A stretch of DNA of 64,000 nt from Vicugna vicugna (GCA_013265495.1 MU057930.1:1256057-1320056); one strand, 5' to 3'. Shown: positions 36,521 through 50,499, counted from the stretch's first letter. Program-made: numbers and translations. Notes: a model not told the origin generated them from the sequence alone.

Positions 36521-39500
36521 TTTAAAAATAACAATTTTGTCCATTTCATTCGACCAGCAGAGCTGGACCCCTGAAAACAAAGAATGGTGAACATCTAGCA
36601 TGTCCAATAATTGGTGCAGAGTACCTTTTATAGAGTAGAGCTTTTATAAATGTAGAGAGAAGCTGCATGATGTTCAGAGACAGAAAATGCATGTGCTAAT
36701 TCTTCCTGATGAGAGGATCTGGAATTTGCTGACACAGAGCCCTTATGAAGCACGACTACCCTGCTGGTCTCGTCTGCAGGAGGAAGAGTTCGCTTGGAGT
36801 GAAAGGAGGTCGCGCACACAGTGAGGAAACCAGCGCACACTCTGTTCTTTCCACGGATGCGGGGCGGTGCTGTGGGGCTGAGGGAGGACGCCCGACGCCA
36901 TCAAAACCAATGGCAGGGACGTGGTGGGATTTCTCTGCCCTCAACCTTCCTTTGTCTTCCAGGATGAACTGAAACGAGGGCTTCCATCCCTCTTCTGCCA
37001 TCATCTCTCCAGAACCCATCGCCCAACGCCATCAAGAGCCAACGAGACATCTAGGGAAGTGGACGGCGGCACTGGCCGGGGCTTGGAGCGGACGGGATGT
37101 TGGGTTTTCTCTGGATGGAGGGTGGGCGGGGCGGGGAGGGTGGATCTGCTAAGGAAGTCATTGTGCTTGTTCAGGTCTCAGCTCACTGCTCACATCTGAG
37201 CCGAAACCCACACCACGGTAGGAAAGTTCACAGGAATCGGGTAACAAATTGTCCATTTTCCCAAGAGTCCTCAGTGCCACTGACGGACAGTTAGGATGCT
37301 GATAAATCACAGCTGATTGAACGTTTTACTTTGTGTAATTAGCGACTCTAATTTTCCCAGAACGTGGGAAAGTTCTAACAGTCTAGGTTGCTTCAAAAAC
37401 AGCAAGACTGACCACACGAATACGGACAGTTTGCTCTTTCCTCTTGTATGTAATGGCCATCTTCTACCTAATTTTAGTCGCCCTGAACAAAAGCCCTATA
37501 GGAAGTAGCTTTTCTGATTAACTTGAGTAATAAATAAGTTTAATTATTTGGGGTATTAAGGATATACTGAGCACTTCTGTCAACTGAAAAATGAGATGCT
37601 TATGCACTGGCCTTATAAAAACGGATTTCTGTTTATACTAATCCTTGTCCAAAGGTACTAATGTATTGAATACATTAACGTCGGACCACATTAAACAGGT
37701 CACACAGTGCACATCTATATACCACTTACGCAGAAAACTAAGTAATACTACTGAAAACATTATTTATTTTAAAATTTTATTTCTTAAAGTAGAAATTTAC
37801 CCAATAGCAATTAGTCAATAATTTTGCATATATCTGAACCAGAGCATAGCAAATAAAACTGATTAAATACGGTTTTATTGCTCACTTGCCTCGTAATTTA
37901 AAATGTATATACTATTCAATGATTCAATAAAGGGTAAGTTTTCAAATGAAAACTCAGGGGCTTTAAGCTTTTTTAAAAGATGAAGTTTCAACTTGCTCTT
38001 GTTTTTTTAATGTCTCTCACATTTTTCTCAGCAGCGGCACAAATTCCATCACTATAATCATTGATATGAGACTCATTTTCTACAATCAGGATATAAAAAT
38101 TACTGGTCTGCTTGCTCAGACTCAAGTATTGCAGTCATGATCCAACTAAAACTCATTCATCTTTACAAATCAGCATTATCTTCCTCCAACTACAGAATGA
38201 GGGTGGTGCACGAAATGATCTCTAAAGTGCCTTCCATTTCTAAAATTCCTTTACAGGGTTAAGGCACAGAGGCATTCCTTATGTTTAAGGAAAACAGATT
38301 TCTCCAGTCCTGAGGTGACCTTGACTTAGCTATTAAAATGCACCAGAGTCGTTGATGCGTTCACCGTGTGAAAATGTGAATTGAAGGTACTTAATTAATC
38401 TAAACTAAACCTCAATGATTCAGAATTAAATAATGAAGTCAGAGTGCTCTTTCCATCAAGAAGGAATATTCATTCCAATAAGTACTCAGGAGGGTCTGAG
38501 CTTTCTCATCGACTGCCCACCACTCCTGCTCCCATCCACCGGGGCTCCTCTGCATGACCTAAACTACCATCTCCATCAACCCAGGCTGGCTCCCGCGAGG
38601 TTTTGGCCAAGGAAACAGGAGCTGCCCTGGGCACTCCTAGGAAGAAAGGTTCCCCTGCAGGGCAACAGAAGCTTAACTACCTCACAAGAGAAGCTAGACA
38701 CTCACTCTGAAGCTAAGGCACATTTTCGAAACCTGACGGCCTTCCTTTTCCAGCAGCACCTCTCCCCTGGAACTTAACCTGGTCAAGACAGGCCCGGCCA
38801 CCGGCTGCGTCCTGACGGTAGACTATCAAGGAAGAGGGATGCTAAGGCGTCAGCAGAAAACCCAGCACCAAGACTCTCAGGCTCTGGGACCAACAGCACA
38901 GGAAAGTCTTGATTTCCCGACAGTGTGCCCTTGAGCATTTGAACGTTCCATGGCGAGGACTCGCATCCACGATGGGGGGATGCCAGCCTATCGTGTAGAC
39001 ACCTTGAGTGTTGCCTTAAGCAACTGAAGAAGGCTTTCAGGTCCTCAGGAGCTGCAGCAGGTAATGGTGCCAGCAGATAAATCAGGCTATCCGTGAAGGG
39101 AGGGGACAGGATGTCAGAGCCAAGCAGAAAAGCAGGCAGATGGGCAAGAAAAAACAGCAGGCAACGGACACAGGAGAGAGCGACGACTACCTGCCTGCCT
39201 CTCACGGCCACCCCTGCGGGTAACGTGACCCCCATCTGTCTTCACAGCTCAGGGAGCCGCAGTCAACACCCTGCATCACCTCCCGGATCACCCCACATCC
39301 AAGCCACAAACTCCATTTCACAAGCTACTGAGTGGACCCATTCCAATGCCAGAGATGATGCAACTAGGAATTTTTAAACCTAATAAAGGTAGCATTACTT
39401 TAATATAAACACGTTAATAAATGTATTAATTACATATTATTACGCATTATTCATAAACTAATATAATTAATAACTTCAAAAGTCAACTCTGTTATAAAGC

Positions 39501-39699
39501 TCAGCTTCCAGAGAACCACTTGACACTGTTAATACATTTTCATTACTTTTTCAACTAAATTTTTGAAGTTTTAAGCATTCATGAGCCACATTTGTACATT
39601 TTACATGAAGTATTACATTTCTTTCTGATTGAAATATATTCCATACTCATGGTAGAAATGGTAAACAATATGGAATATTACCAGAAATAAGGCAGCACA

Positions 39700-39990
39700 C
39701 TTCAAAATTATAAATTAATCAACATGTCAAAGACATAATAATAAAGTTTATGTACCTAAGAATAGGACAGCAAAATACATAAGGCAAACACTGATGGAGA
39801 AATGGGCAAATTCATAATCACTGTTGTATATTTTAATCGTATTGTTTAGTATTAGAAAGAGTATTTTCAAAAACAGTTCAAAAATTTGAATAGCTTATCA
39901 ATCAGCTGGACTTAACAGACCCATATGGAAAATGATGGTGCAGAATTCACGTTTCTCACAAGGGTCCACTGTACATTCAGAAGACAGACC
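39700..39990 (+). mobile_element. Diverged LINE-1 ORF2 endonuclease-region fragment
   Basis: gtttatgtacctaag...caaaatacataaggcaaacactgatgg...cagaattcacgtttctc. Confidence 0.55.
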
Positions 39991-41349
39991 ATCTGGCTGT
40001 GACTCAGTAGGATGATGGTATATGTGACCCCTTTCCTCTCAGCAGCTCAAAGAAGCAACCCTGATTATAGCAACCATGGTCACATGCTCCTTGACCCCCA
40101 TCTTCAGCCCAGCTTACCTGTAACAAATCCCTTTTTTTTTTCCATTTCTATACAGTTTGAACTCAAAAGGAAGATTTCTACTTATGCTTATTCTAGGACC
40201 ATGATCCTGAAGGAACTTCCACTTTTGACATTTAAAACGTCAATCCATTTATATTTTGGATATGTCAGTGTGACTTAAGCATTAAAACAGAAGGTTCATT
40301 TTTCCAAAGTAATTTCACTTCTTAAGACCTGTATTAAAATAATAAAGTAAAGAAAGCCTTTACATCGTTCTGTTATATTTGCTTGATCAGATAGTGAGTA
40401 CTTCAGGATTTTTTCTCAAATCAGTCTGTCTGGAATATTTTTGAACTGTGACCAACCAGAAGACGAACCTTTATTTTGGCGGTCTGCATGCGGACGGTCA
40501 GTTTGACAGTGGTCATCCTCTCTGTGGGCTGTGACTCAGTTCATGACTAAATGTGCGGTATGTTTTAAAAACGGGTCATCACTCTGAGCCAGTGCATCAC
40601 AGACATCAGCGGTGGTCGTCCTTCCATTGCCAAGAAATAGCATCTATCTGTTTAACTCACTCTTAACAACTGCTTGACATTTTTAGGGACTGGATTACTG
40701 ACCTGCAGTCATTGATTTTACAGAATGACAGCGAGTTCTGGGAAAAGCAGAGAGCTCTGTTTTAGGCAACAGTTTTCCTTCACGACAGAACAGCAACTGT
40801 TCCTAAGCTCAATTCCTTTGCTAGTAGCTCTTTCACCTTCCTCCTTGACTCAAGTTTATCGTTAGAAATAGTGATTAATTTAAATTTAAAGATGTCAAGT
40901 AGTCATTTTAATTTAAAGATGTCTTTTTTTGCAAGAGTGATTTTTTCACTCTTAATGGTTTTGAAGATAAGAAGCTACCATTTAAAATGACAGTGTCTGC
41001 TACCATAGTGTCACGTCTTAAAATGTGAGAAGCCCACTTCTTCTTACACTGTTTTCTGTATGAATTGAAAAAAATCAAGCTATATTAAAATACATTTTTA
41101 CAAACAGGGCTCCGTGTAGAAATACATGTATGTTCACATGTATATTTCTGTTCATGAATACTCCTAGTGAAATAATGGAGGTGGCTTCCATTGCCTTTTG
41201 TCACAAGGGAATTTCAACTCAATACGAAGATGGTCGAACCTGGGAAAACTGTGGATCACGTCCTGGTGTGGAAAATGTGTCTTTCAGAAATATCCCAATA
41301 AGTAAACTGTCGATGAATAAAAACACATGGAAAAACTAAAAGGGAAAAA

Positions 41350-42169
41350 GCAAGAAATTGTAAGGACCTGCACACAACCGAGCCAGAAGGCACCGTAGTG
41401 AAAACAACTCGAGATACCTGTCGGGGAGCTTAACAGGGCTGAAGGTTCCAGGGTGTGCTTGGCAGCTGTCCCCCAGGGAAGGGCTTATTCACACAGACGG
41501 CCGTCACTTCAAGGGTCCAGTGCAAGACCCAGGTTGTCCCCTGTGCTCCTGGCAGACCGGCCATGGCTCAGGGTTCCACCAAGCCCTCCCCGGTTCACTC
41601 ATTTGCTAGAAGAGCCTACAGGACTCAGGGAAAGAAAGAGTGACTTTGTTTTGCCAGTCTATTCTGTAGCGCAGGGTACAATAAGGTACTAAGGTGAAGG
41701 GTACGGGGTTGGGGGTGTAGGTGGGGAAGGGTCCGAGCACAGGAGCTCCTGCGCCTGCGGAGCTGGGGTGCGCCATGGTCCCGACACGTCGACGCGCTCA
41801 GCAACCCAGAAGCCCTCTGAACTCCCTTCCACTGAGGGGGCCTCAGCAAGGCATGGCCCGCCAGTAGCTCAGCCCCCAGCCCCCACCCTCCCCAGACAAT
41901 GGGGAGCTCCCAGCTTCTGACTCTCGTTTGCTCTTTCTGGTCACCAGCCCCCATCCCAGAGTCCCCTCAGTAGAACAAGACACTCCTATCACCCAAGAAA
42001 TGCCAGGGGGCTAAGAAGCCCTGTGTCTGGGACAGGGGCAAAAACCCTGTAAGTAGTGGGACCAAAGATGCTCCCACGGGTCTCATCGCTGAGGAAATAC
42101 CAAGGGACTCAGAAGCCCTGGTCAGGCACCTGGGCTGAGGCCAGTATATCGCTCTTCTAGTATTTCACA
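41350..42169 (+). mobile_element. MER21-like ERVL LTR
   Basis: ggttcactcatttgctagaagagcctacaggactcaggg...ggagctggggtgcgcca...gaggaaataccaaggg; ends atttcaca. Confidence 0.7.
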
Positions 42170-42719
42170 CCAGATGTCTGGAGTCTCTTAAACTTCTTTT
42201 TAATACTCCCTTAAGCTTTTCAAATCCAGATGGAATTGTATGTAATGTCTTCAACACTCCCTTAACTGTCCCATTCCACTCCCCGGGTTAAATAGCAGCA
42301 TTAGAGACACCTGGGTTGCCAGTCACCTGGAAGTCCTATGTTATCGTTTGGAACAGCCCAGGGAATGTTCCCCTCTCTTACACTGTCACTTCGTTCACCC
42401 TAGAGGCACACTTGAGGGGAACACTACGGCTGCACGTAAAGGACCCCCAAGCAATTGGTGAGAAGCTACTAAGCCAAGAAAGCACCCCTAATTATCACTA
42501 CAGCCGCAGCAGAGCTCTCCCCACTGCTTCACCGGCTCGGCTCCCAGCAACTCAGTGTTGCCAAATCGATCATGTGTAAGCACGTGGATTAAAATAAAGT
42601 CACATCCACGTCTTTGAGACGTAACCAAAATTAGGTAGATCATCTTCCAGGCTCCATGCAAACAGCTAAATGATTAACGTTACTCAACATTAGATGACAT
42701 AAAATCCAGAAGTGCTTCC

Positions 42720-42791
42720 CCACACACGCACACACACATACCCACCGACCACACACACACACCCACACCCACCCACCCACACACACACACA
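42720..42791. repeat. Imperfect (CA)n repeat
   Basis: Directly visible. Confidence 0.85.
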
Positions 42792-43514
42792 ATCCCATAA
42801 ATTATCAATGCCTGCCACTTACACGTATCACAAGATTTTTAAAAATTCCTCAGTGAAATGAGTCTGCATCAACTGTACTTTAGGCTATAAAATGAAACAG
42901 TAATTTTTTTAAGTCAATTATAATATTAAATACTATTTCAGTGACACAGATTGGAATCTGTGCAAAAAGAAAACAGAAGCATAGTGCTGAAGAGACACTG
43001 GAAACCACAGATGGAAGGATGACTCATCACTTTTCAGAAGGGTTGCTGTTCGCTTTCCTACAGTGCGGCCGAGGTCAATTAGAGCATCCATTCACGTCCG
43101 GGATTCTCTGGCAACACGGAGCACACATCACTCTCATTTCAACGTTCCCAGGATCTATGCTGACCCTGAGCCTGTCTGCCTCCAGTGGACCAACCAACAC
43201 ACTGACCATCACCGCAGGCACTCGACAGTCCTGAAGGAAGTGACTGTGGCAAAAAGGGACCAGCTCAAAGGAGGAGGGGGCTAACTGTGCGCTATGGAAC
43301 CTCCGTGGAACGTTGGCTTGGCTACTCTCTTTACTGCTTTTCCAACTGTCTTACACGGCATCCAACTGTCTCTGTAACACCTCCACCACTAGCCTTCTTA
43401 GCACAGATTCACATTATCCTCTCTCCGCGTGCTTGGTGCATGGGACAATAATGAACAAAGACAGAGGCATGAATCTCCCCCTGCTATTCCCGGTTCTTAT
43501 GATGTCCACCCCAC

Positions 43515-43517
<3 letters not shown>

Positions 43518-43549
<32 letters not shown>
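43518..43549. repeat. (CA)n microsatellite
   Basis: Directly visible. Confidence 0.9.
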
Positions 43550-43551
<2 letters not shown>

Positions 43552-43602
43552 GCAAGGAAGAATATTAATGCAAAGTGCAAGACCAAGAAAACTGTAGCTG
43601 TA

Positions 43603-44003
43603 TGACTCTGGATTAAATTGTGCAACTCCTCAGCTCAAAAAAGAATTCCTATGTTGAAGTTCTAATCCCCAGGGCCTCAGAATGGGACTATGTTTGGAAA
43701 CAGGGTTCTTTTAAAAGGTAATTAAAGTACAATGAGGTCAGGAGGGTGGGTCCTTATCCCATAGCACTGGTGCAGTTATCAGAAGAGGAGATGAGGACCC
43801 AGACACACACAGAGGGACGACCACATGAGGACACAGGGAGGAGACGGCCATCTACACGCCAAGGAGAGAGGACTCAGGAGACACCAGCCCTGCTGATACC
43901 CTGACCTCAGATTCCAGCCTCCAGGACGAGGAGTCATAAATGTCTGCTGTTTAAGCCCATCAGTCCATGGTGTTTTGTGACTACAGCCCAAGGACACTAT
44001 AAC
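43603..44003 (+). mobile_element. MLT1B-like MaLR solo LTR (copy 2)
   Basis: Same motifs as 4116-4512. Confidence 0.85.
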
Positions 44004-44026
44004 GAAATTCTTTACATAACCACATA

Positions 44027-44660
44027 CGGTCACTTCTCATCACTCATAGTTGTGATGCTCTGTAACGTTGCTGAGAATTAGTGAATACTGAACCGTTCTC
44101 CCCGGGGAAATATAGGGTTAGGTTCCCATGAACTTCTGGGCACCCCCTTTACATAAACCAATCAATACATAAGCTTGTTTCCTGCGCGTTTCGGTTTAAA
44201 GACACCTTTCTGAATATACGTTGTTCATTCATCCACACTGACTCACAGGCTTTAACTCACTCAAGCCTGAACAAAGCTTATCTCACACACGTATCTTCTC
44301 CATGAAGCACATCACAGCCTTCCCGTGCTTAGGACAGCAGACAGCTCGTCAGCACTAGGTTGGGGAGGGAACACTTTCAAAAGCAAAACCACCAGCAAAA
44401 AGCCCAGGGACAGGAAATACACGGCACTCTGGCCAGACCACGAGGAGGACACTTTATAGTAGGACAACTTACACAAGAAGTCAGGGGGTGACTTTGTCCC
44501 ACCTCATCTGGAAACCTGCATGACAGGTGACAGATCTCTCCCTGCTCAGGGAAATGTCTAAGAATGACCTCAAAAGGGCAAGTATTGACGAGGGGTCACA
44601 AATGAATTTTAGCGAGTTGGTGAGTTTGCAAATACGGATTCAGTAAATAAAGAAGATTAA
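44027..44660 (+). mobile_element. MER82-like TcMar-Tigger DNA transposon, near full length
   Basis: gaattagtgaatactgaacc...gggttaggttcc...tttaaagacacc...cacatcacagccttc...gaattttagcgag...gcaaatacgga. Confidence 0.85.
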
Positions 44661-45095
44661 GGGTGGGTGGGTAGACAGAAAGGATGGGTGGATGGATGGA
44701 TGGAAAGATAAGACAGAATGGATGGTTGAACAGATGGACAGATAGACAGACACACAGATGGATAACATACATAGATGGATAAATAGATAATAGATATAAT
44801 GATGTATGGATGGATAGGTGGATGGATAGATAGTTGAATAGTTGATAGACAAACATAGAAATAGACACAGTATAGATAGATACAGATACAGGTACATATA
44901 GAAAGACTATCTATGGTGAATATACAGAGAGAATTCGTAGACATAGAGGATATAGCTAGCTATCTGTCAGTCTGTCTGATCTATCCATCCATGCATCCAT
45001 CTATCCATCTGGTCTGTCTGTCTATCGACCTAACTAGTGTATGTATCTGCCTATGTATCTACTTCTACATATCTTACCATAGCTACTAGCTACCT
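44661..45095. repeat. (GATA/GGAT)n tract followed by an inverted (TATC/TCCA)n tract
   Basis: Directly visible; strand switch near 44955. Confidence 0.85.
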
Positions 45096-46465
45096 CTTTC
45101 TCTGTTGCAAAATAACTTTGAGACCCAAAGATTTAAATATTTGATACTAGAAATAACCCTCTCTGAATAACGGCAAATCACAACTCTGACACTTTTGATT
45201 TCTAATTTTACCAAAACCACCCTGAATTTATTTTCATAATTTTCAGCTGACATTCCACTGGTTTGGGCACAACTGGATCAAAGAATGCACCTATGTGGAG
45301 AAGACTTCCAGAGAGGTAGTTCTGCCTTGATGCACTGTCACTTCCTCATGTGTGGGAGATTCGAGGAACTTGTTTGTGTGTGTGTTTTGTTTGTTTTGTC
45401 TGTCTTCCCCTCCAGGATGCATTTGTATCACCTAAGTAGAGTGGTATTTTTATTCTATGAGTAAATGCCCCATCTAGACAGCAACTCTGTTGCACCTTGA
45501 GATGGAGCAGTGTTCCTTCCAGCAACTGTTTTCCCCCTAATTCTCTTGAGAGGGTGAAAGCAAACACCATCTGGGTGTGATTAACATTCACAAGGTTACA
45601 GAGAAAAACATATGCAGAAACGGACGTCACGGGTTTCCGCACATCTTGGGAAGAGTAAAACAAGCACCTGTGTTTGGACTTTCAGATCACCAGAAGCGCT
45701 GAAGAGGTGGCTTGCCAATGCCAGCGTGTTGTCACAGGCCATCGCAAATAGCAGGACAGAAAGGGCTTCACACTTGGGGACCACTGACAGCCCCACTGGT
45801 TTCCTGGCAGATTTACAGTGGGTGGCGTCAGAGGAAACAAGAAACGGGAGAAGTCATGCTCTGCCCAAACGGCACCGACAGTGATTCAGACTAGCCATCC
45901 CCACGGGAATACACATAAGGCACTAACCTCTCTTAGAAGGACACTCTCCCGAGCCACCTCCTTCCAGAAATTTTTCTGCTCAGCAATGGAGTGTGAGTTG
46001 TTCTCATGATGCACAGAAATCTCAAAAGTGAGTCCCGTGACCCCCAGCACTGCACAGTGAGGACATGGTCGTGGGTGCAGAGGATGGAGAGAGGAAACAG
46101 GAGACCCCTACGATGGAGCTACATACCGCCACCCACTGGAAGGGGAACAAACTGAACTAATTCGTATGAATATGCGCATGTGCCTGCTCACTCCCTCTCT
46201 CTCCACGCATCCTTCGTTACTTTAACTGCAACGCCCAGTCTTCTAATTCACCCTCATACTCTGCCTTATTCTCTCTGCCGTGGAAGCTAGTTCGGGAACT
46301 TCATAATCCTTTGCCTGACTCGAGTTCCCAGCTTGCCGCCGACCAACTCCCACAAGTATTAGTTTTGTGGCACTTCCATTCATTAAAAAAAAATCTTGGA
46401 GATGGTGACTGATGACTCCACGTAATTTTCCAGATCCTGAACAGAGCAGTTCATAACCAAGAACT

Positions 46466-46592
46466 GGGGTGGGAGGGTGTAGCTCAGTGGTAGAGCACAT
46501 GCTTAGTATACACGAGGTCCTAGGCTCGATTCCGAGTACCCCCTCTAAAACTTAAGTAGACCTGATTACCTCCCTTCCAAAAAAAAAAAAAA
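46466..46592 (+). mobile_element. tRNA-derived SINE (Vic-1-like, camelid)
   Basis: A box tagctcagtgg, B box-like ggctcgattcc, tail cctgattacctccc plus poly(A), degenerate TSD ttcataaccaagaa / ttcataaaaaagaa. Confidence 0.85.
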
Positions 46593-47474
46593 TTCATAAA
46601 AAAGAAAAGTAAAAATTGGTCACGGTAGATGGCTGGCGGCTCTTAAAACCGTCTTTGATGGATACACAGTTGGCCAACAAATGGTAGCTTCATTTTCTTA
46701 AAAAAGGAAAGAAAAGGAAAGGAAAAAATGCCCCCAATTTTTAAGTCCCCCAATAACAATAAGATAACTTTATATATTATTGGGGTTAATCACTAAAACA
46801 GCAGAGTTTGTCTCAGCAGCGTACCTCAGAGAACAAAGTTTTCAAAAACCAGTCAGTAGGTGAAAAGTCATTTCCCAAATCCCAGTATTTTACAAGTGGG
46901 CTTGTGCGCCAGTTTTTAATTAAAACGAAATTTTCCTGGAGGCGTTCTTATTCATTAGATTTGAGTCCTCGCTCTAGAGCACCGTGATGAGGACGCAGGA
47001 GGGAACAGCAAGCCCTGTTCTGGGCTTGCCCGGGACCCATCTCAACGCCTCTGCCTTTATAGTATCTAAAACGCAGGAGCAAGAGCAACGCTGTAACTCA
47101 GCCCACCTCTGAGGGCAGCGGAGCGGCCTGACGTCCAGGTCTGTGCAGGTGCTGCTGCCAGTGGCAGAGGAGGACAGGCAGGGGCTGGGCCGTGGGCAAT
47201 GTGTCCATCAGGGGCTGTCCAGCCAGGAAGCCGGGGGACAGGAGGATGGGAACGAGGGGACAGAACACTGGGCCAATTAAGTACCAGGGACGGTCAAGCC
47301 GTAACAGCACAGGGCTGAGAACTCACCAGTCGCGCATTTGGTCCAAGGAGGTTCTGGTGAAACCTCATGTCAAACGTGAGTTGCAAAGGTAATAAGAGAA
47401 AATTAAAAAATAAATTAAAAAAAAAGTTTTGCCTTGGATGACTGAAGGTGTCAAATGAGGAAACCTTGATAAAT

Positions 47475-47702
47475 TCAGAGTCTGGGAATAACAGATACAC
47501 ACGAGTACATAGAGAACAGACAAACGACAGGGTCCTACCGCACAGCCCAGGGAACTGTGTTCAACACCTTGCAGTACGCTGTGATGGGAAAGACTCTGAG
47601 AAAGAGCATCTATGTATATGCATCACTGAACCGCTTTGCTGTACACGTGAAACTAGCACAGCACTGTAAATCCACTGTGCTTCAGTCAAAAAGAAAAAGA
47701 AA
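47475..47702 (+). mobile_element. LINE-1 3'UTR fragment
   Basis: gggaataacagatacacac...cacagcccagggaactgtgttcaacacc...gtacacgtgaaactagcacagcactgtaaatc. Confidence 0.85.
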
Positions 47703-47734
47703 GGAACCTTGAGTGATGCAAGAGAGGATACGGG

Positions 47735-47946
47735 GTACGTGTTCCAAAGCCCTCAGCCGTGGCACCACTGACCTTTGGGGCCATCTGCATGGTGGTTGTG
47801 GGGGGCGGTCCTGTGCACGGTGGGACACAGAGCAGCATGCACTGCCTACACTCCCTGGATGTCTCCACTCCTCCCCGACTCAGGACAACCGAAGACGTCT
47901 TCCACTCGCCCCTGAGGGGCAAAACTGACCCACCTGGGAACCACTC
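47735..47946 (+). mobile_element. MER20-like hAT-Charlie element
   Basis: ggcaccactgacctttgggg...ggggcggtcctgtgcac...cccctgaggggcaaaa...gggaaccact. Confidence 0.75.
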
Positions 47947-48439
47947 TCAGTGCAAAGACGAAGCCCGGAGCTTTCCATCTGTGGGATACACGACCATTTG
48001 TAATTCTAGGTCATGCGCTGTCTACTGTTGTACCTAGACCTGATGTTCTGTGGCTCCGGGGCGGGGCCTGTGTCTGCTGTCATACATACACTTGGTATTC
48101 TGTGAGCATACACGTCTAACAGCGTGTCTCCTAATACAGTTCATCTACCAGGAACTCCTGGTTATTTCCCTTGATACTCAAACTTCTAAAGTAATGTCAT
48201 TTCTGATGCACATTCTTGTTCAAAGCCCAAGTTTCTCTCCATACTTTGTAGAGTATCCCATTTACAATGTGTCTGCAGCTCATCCTTTTCTGTCTCCTGC
48301 CCCATATGTTTTTACATATATATTGAGGCTATTTTTTTTTAATTTGGAGGGAGAAAATTGGTATTTTTATCAGAATGTTCAATATTTGAGAAAATCTTTG
48401 GTGACTTCTGAGACAAGAACCAAAATGGCTTGTGCAGCT

Positions 48440-48841
48440 TCATGGACTCAATTGTGTCTTCTCCCCTCCTCTCCCAAAATTCCTATGTTGAAGCCCTAAC
48501 CCCCAGGACCTCAGAATGGAACTGCACTAGGAGGTGGGGGGTCTTTAAGAAGGTGATGAAGGTAAAATGAGGTCAGTAAGGTGGGCTCTAATCCCATAGG
48601 ATGTGTGTCCTTATGAGAAGAGGAGATGAAGACACCGACACACACAGAGGGACAACCACGGGAGGACACACGGAGGAGACGGCCGTCCACACACCAAGGG
48701 GAGAGGGCTCAGGAGACACCAGCCCTGCTCACACCCTGACCTCTGATTCCAGCCTCCAGGACCGGGAGACATAAATGTCTGTTGATTAAGCCCTCAAGTC
48801 TACGATATATTTTCTTATAGTAACCCAAGTAGACAAATACA
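48440..48841 (+). mobile_element. MLT1B-like MaLR solo LTR (copy 3)
   Basis: Same motifs as 4116-4512; ends gacaaataca. Confidence 0.85.
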
Positions 48842-50214
48842 CCCATGTTCTGCATTATCAATGCTTTTTGATAAATAATCGTGGCTTAACTTGAAATAAA
48901 AAAACAAAGAAAAAAGCAAACAAAAAAGAATATGACATTTTAACTGAAATATCTATTTCACATCCATCACTGATTCTTACAGAATGAATGAAACACAGGA
49001 ATAGAGAGTTAGTATTGTTCACATTACGTTAAACTTAAATTTATATACATGAATTCATGATCCCAGGAGACACTTAAAAACACTCTTCCGTCACATTCAC
49101 AACCATAATAGCGTTCCCTCAGATGGTTATCGTGTTTTCAAGGTAACGCTGTTGGTATTTCCGTAACATCCGTTATTAATCATGTTTAAATTCGGTTCTT
49201 GTCTTTAGTTATTCCAGAATCCAGCTGACAGAATGCGAGACAATTGTATTTCAACACTATTAACAGAAAAAGTCTTGAGCTAAATAGTGAAACAAAACCT
49301 GCAATGACTTCAAGTCTCTCTGTGTCTATGAATTCTGCCTGTAAACAGTTTAGAAAGCAAATGTCCATGCATGTTGTGGATTTCGTGTTCACTCACCACC
49401 TGCTCGCCACGGTCAGTCAATAGAGAATTCCCTTCACCTGGAAACATGCAGACTTTCCTGGGGGACGGTCCTCACATCCTCAGGAAAACAGGACGATTTC
49501 TAGGAACTTAACCTAGTGTTTATTATCTGGTATTTATTTTATAAGCAAAATCAAAAATCAAGTATTTTCCTAAATGTTCATGGAGTGCTAAATTCTACCA
49601 TAAGCCATATGAAATAATACATGACCAGAATGGAGGGGCAGGAGAGGGGACAAAGAATTGCCAAGTCGTAATCCTGGAGATTTTCCACTTGGGGACTCAA
49701 AGCAGTAGAGAGGCGGTTACCTGGGAGCTGTGAACACCTATCGGATTGCCGGGTCAAGAGTACTTCATAACCCAGTTAAAGGGACGAAACCAAACTCCAG
49801 TGTACGTATTTGATCAAGATGCAGAATCTGGTCTACTTCTCGGCACACAGGAGAGAAAGGCACACCACTCAGCTGGTAAACGAGACAGAGATGTAAACTG
49901 AGGTAGCATATAATGCCGCGTGGACCTGGAGTGGGGGGGGGGCACCACACAGGGGTTTTCTGTTTTCTGAAGGGACGCTCCCTCTAGGCTGTGAGTACAC
50001 ATCCTCCTGTGAGTTCACAGACTGAATTAATGCTAATTAACCCCTTCGCTCACTGTCACGGGGCAGAGATTCACAGGGAATCTCAGAGGAGAGTGAATCA
50101 ATCAATCAATCACCTGAGTGCTTGGAAGAAGATAATCACTTACGTTTCGCTGAAATCAGTGTTCGGTTTTAACTGAGGTCGCAGTGAATTGAAAAGCGTT
50201 GGTCTTCTGTGGGC

Positions 50215-50480
50215 TGTGGGCTGTGGGTTGTGAAGACCGCCCTCAGGTTTGATGACTTCCTGGAAGGACTCAGGGTGCCCAGAATAATTCTATTCTCCTG
50301 GCTGTGGTTGATGGCCGAGAAAGCATACAGATGGGAGAGCGCAAAGGAGAATGACAGGGAGGTGGGGGTCCCGGAGCAATCAGGTGCTGGCGTATGGATG
50401 CGGCTTCGTTCTTCCAGGAACCACACGGGACCACACTTAGGGAGGACGCTCAGCCCTCCAAATCTGCGGACTCTGGATCC
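50215..50480 (+). mobile_element. MER77/MER21-family LTR fragment
   Basis: gaagaccgccctcaggtttgatgacttcctggaaggactcag. Confidence 0.55.
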
Positions 50481-50499
50481 ACAGAGTCCGCCAACCAGT

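Noticed and set aside
46466..46545. tRNA gene
   Set aside because: A and B boxes are present, but the poly(A) tail, SINE tail and degenerate TSD indicate a tRNA-derived SINE.
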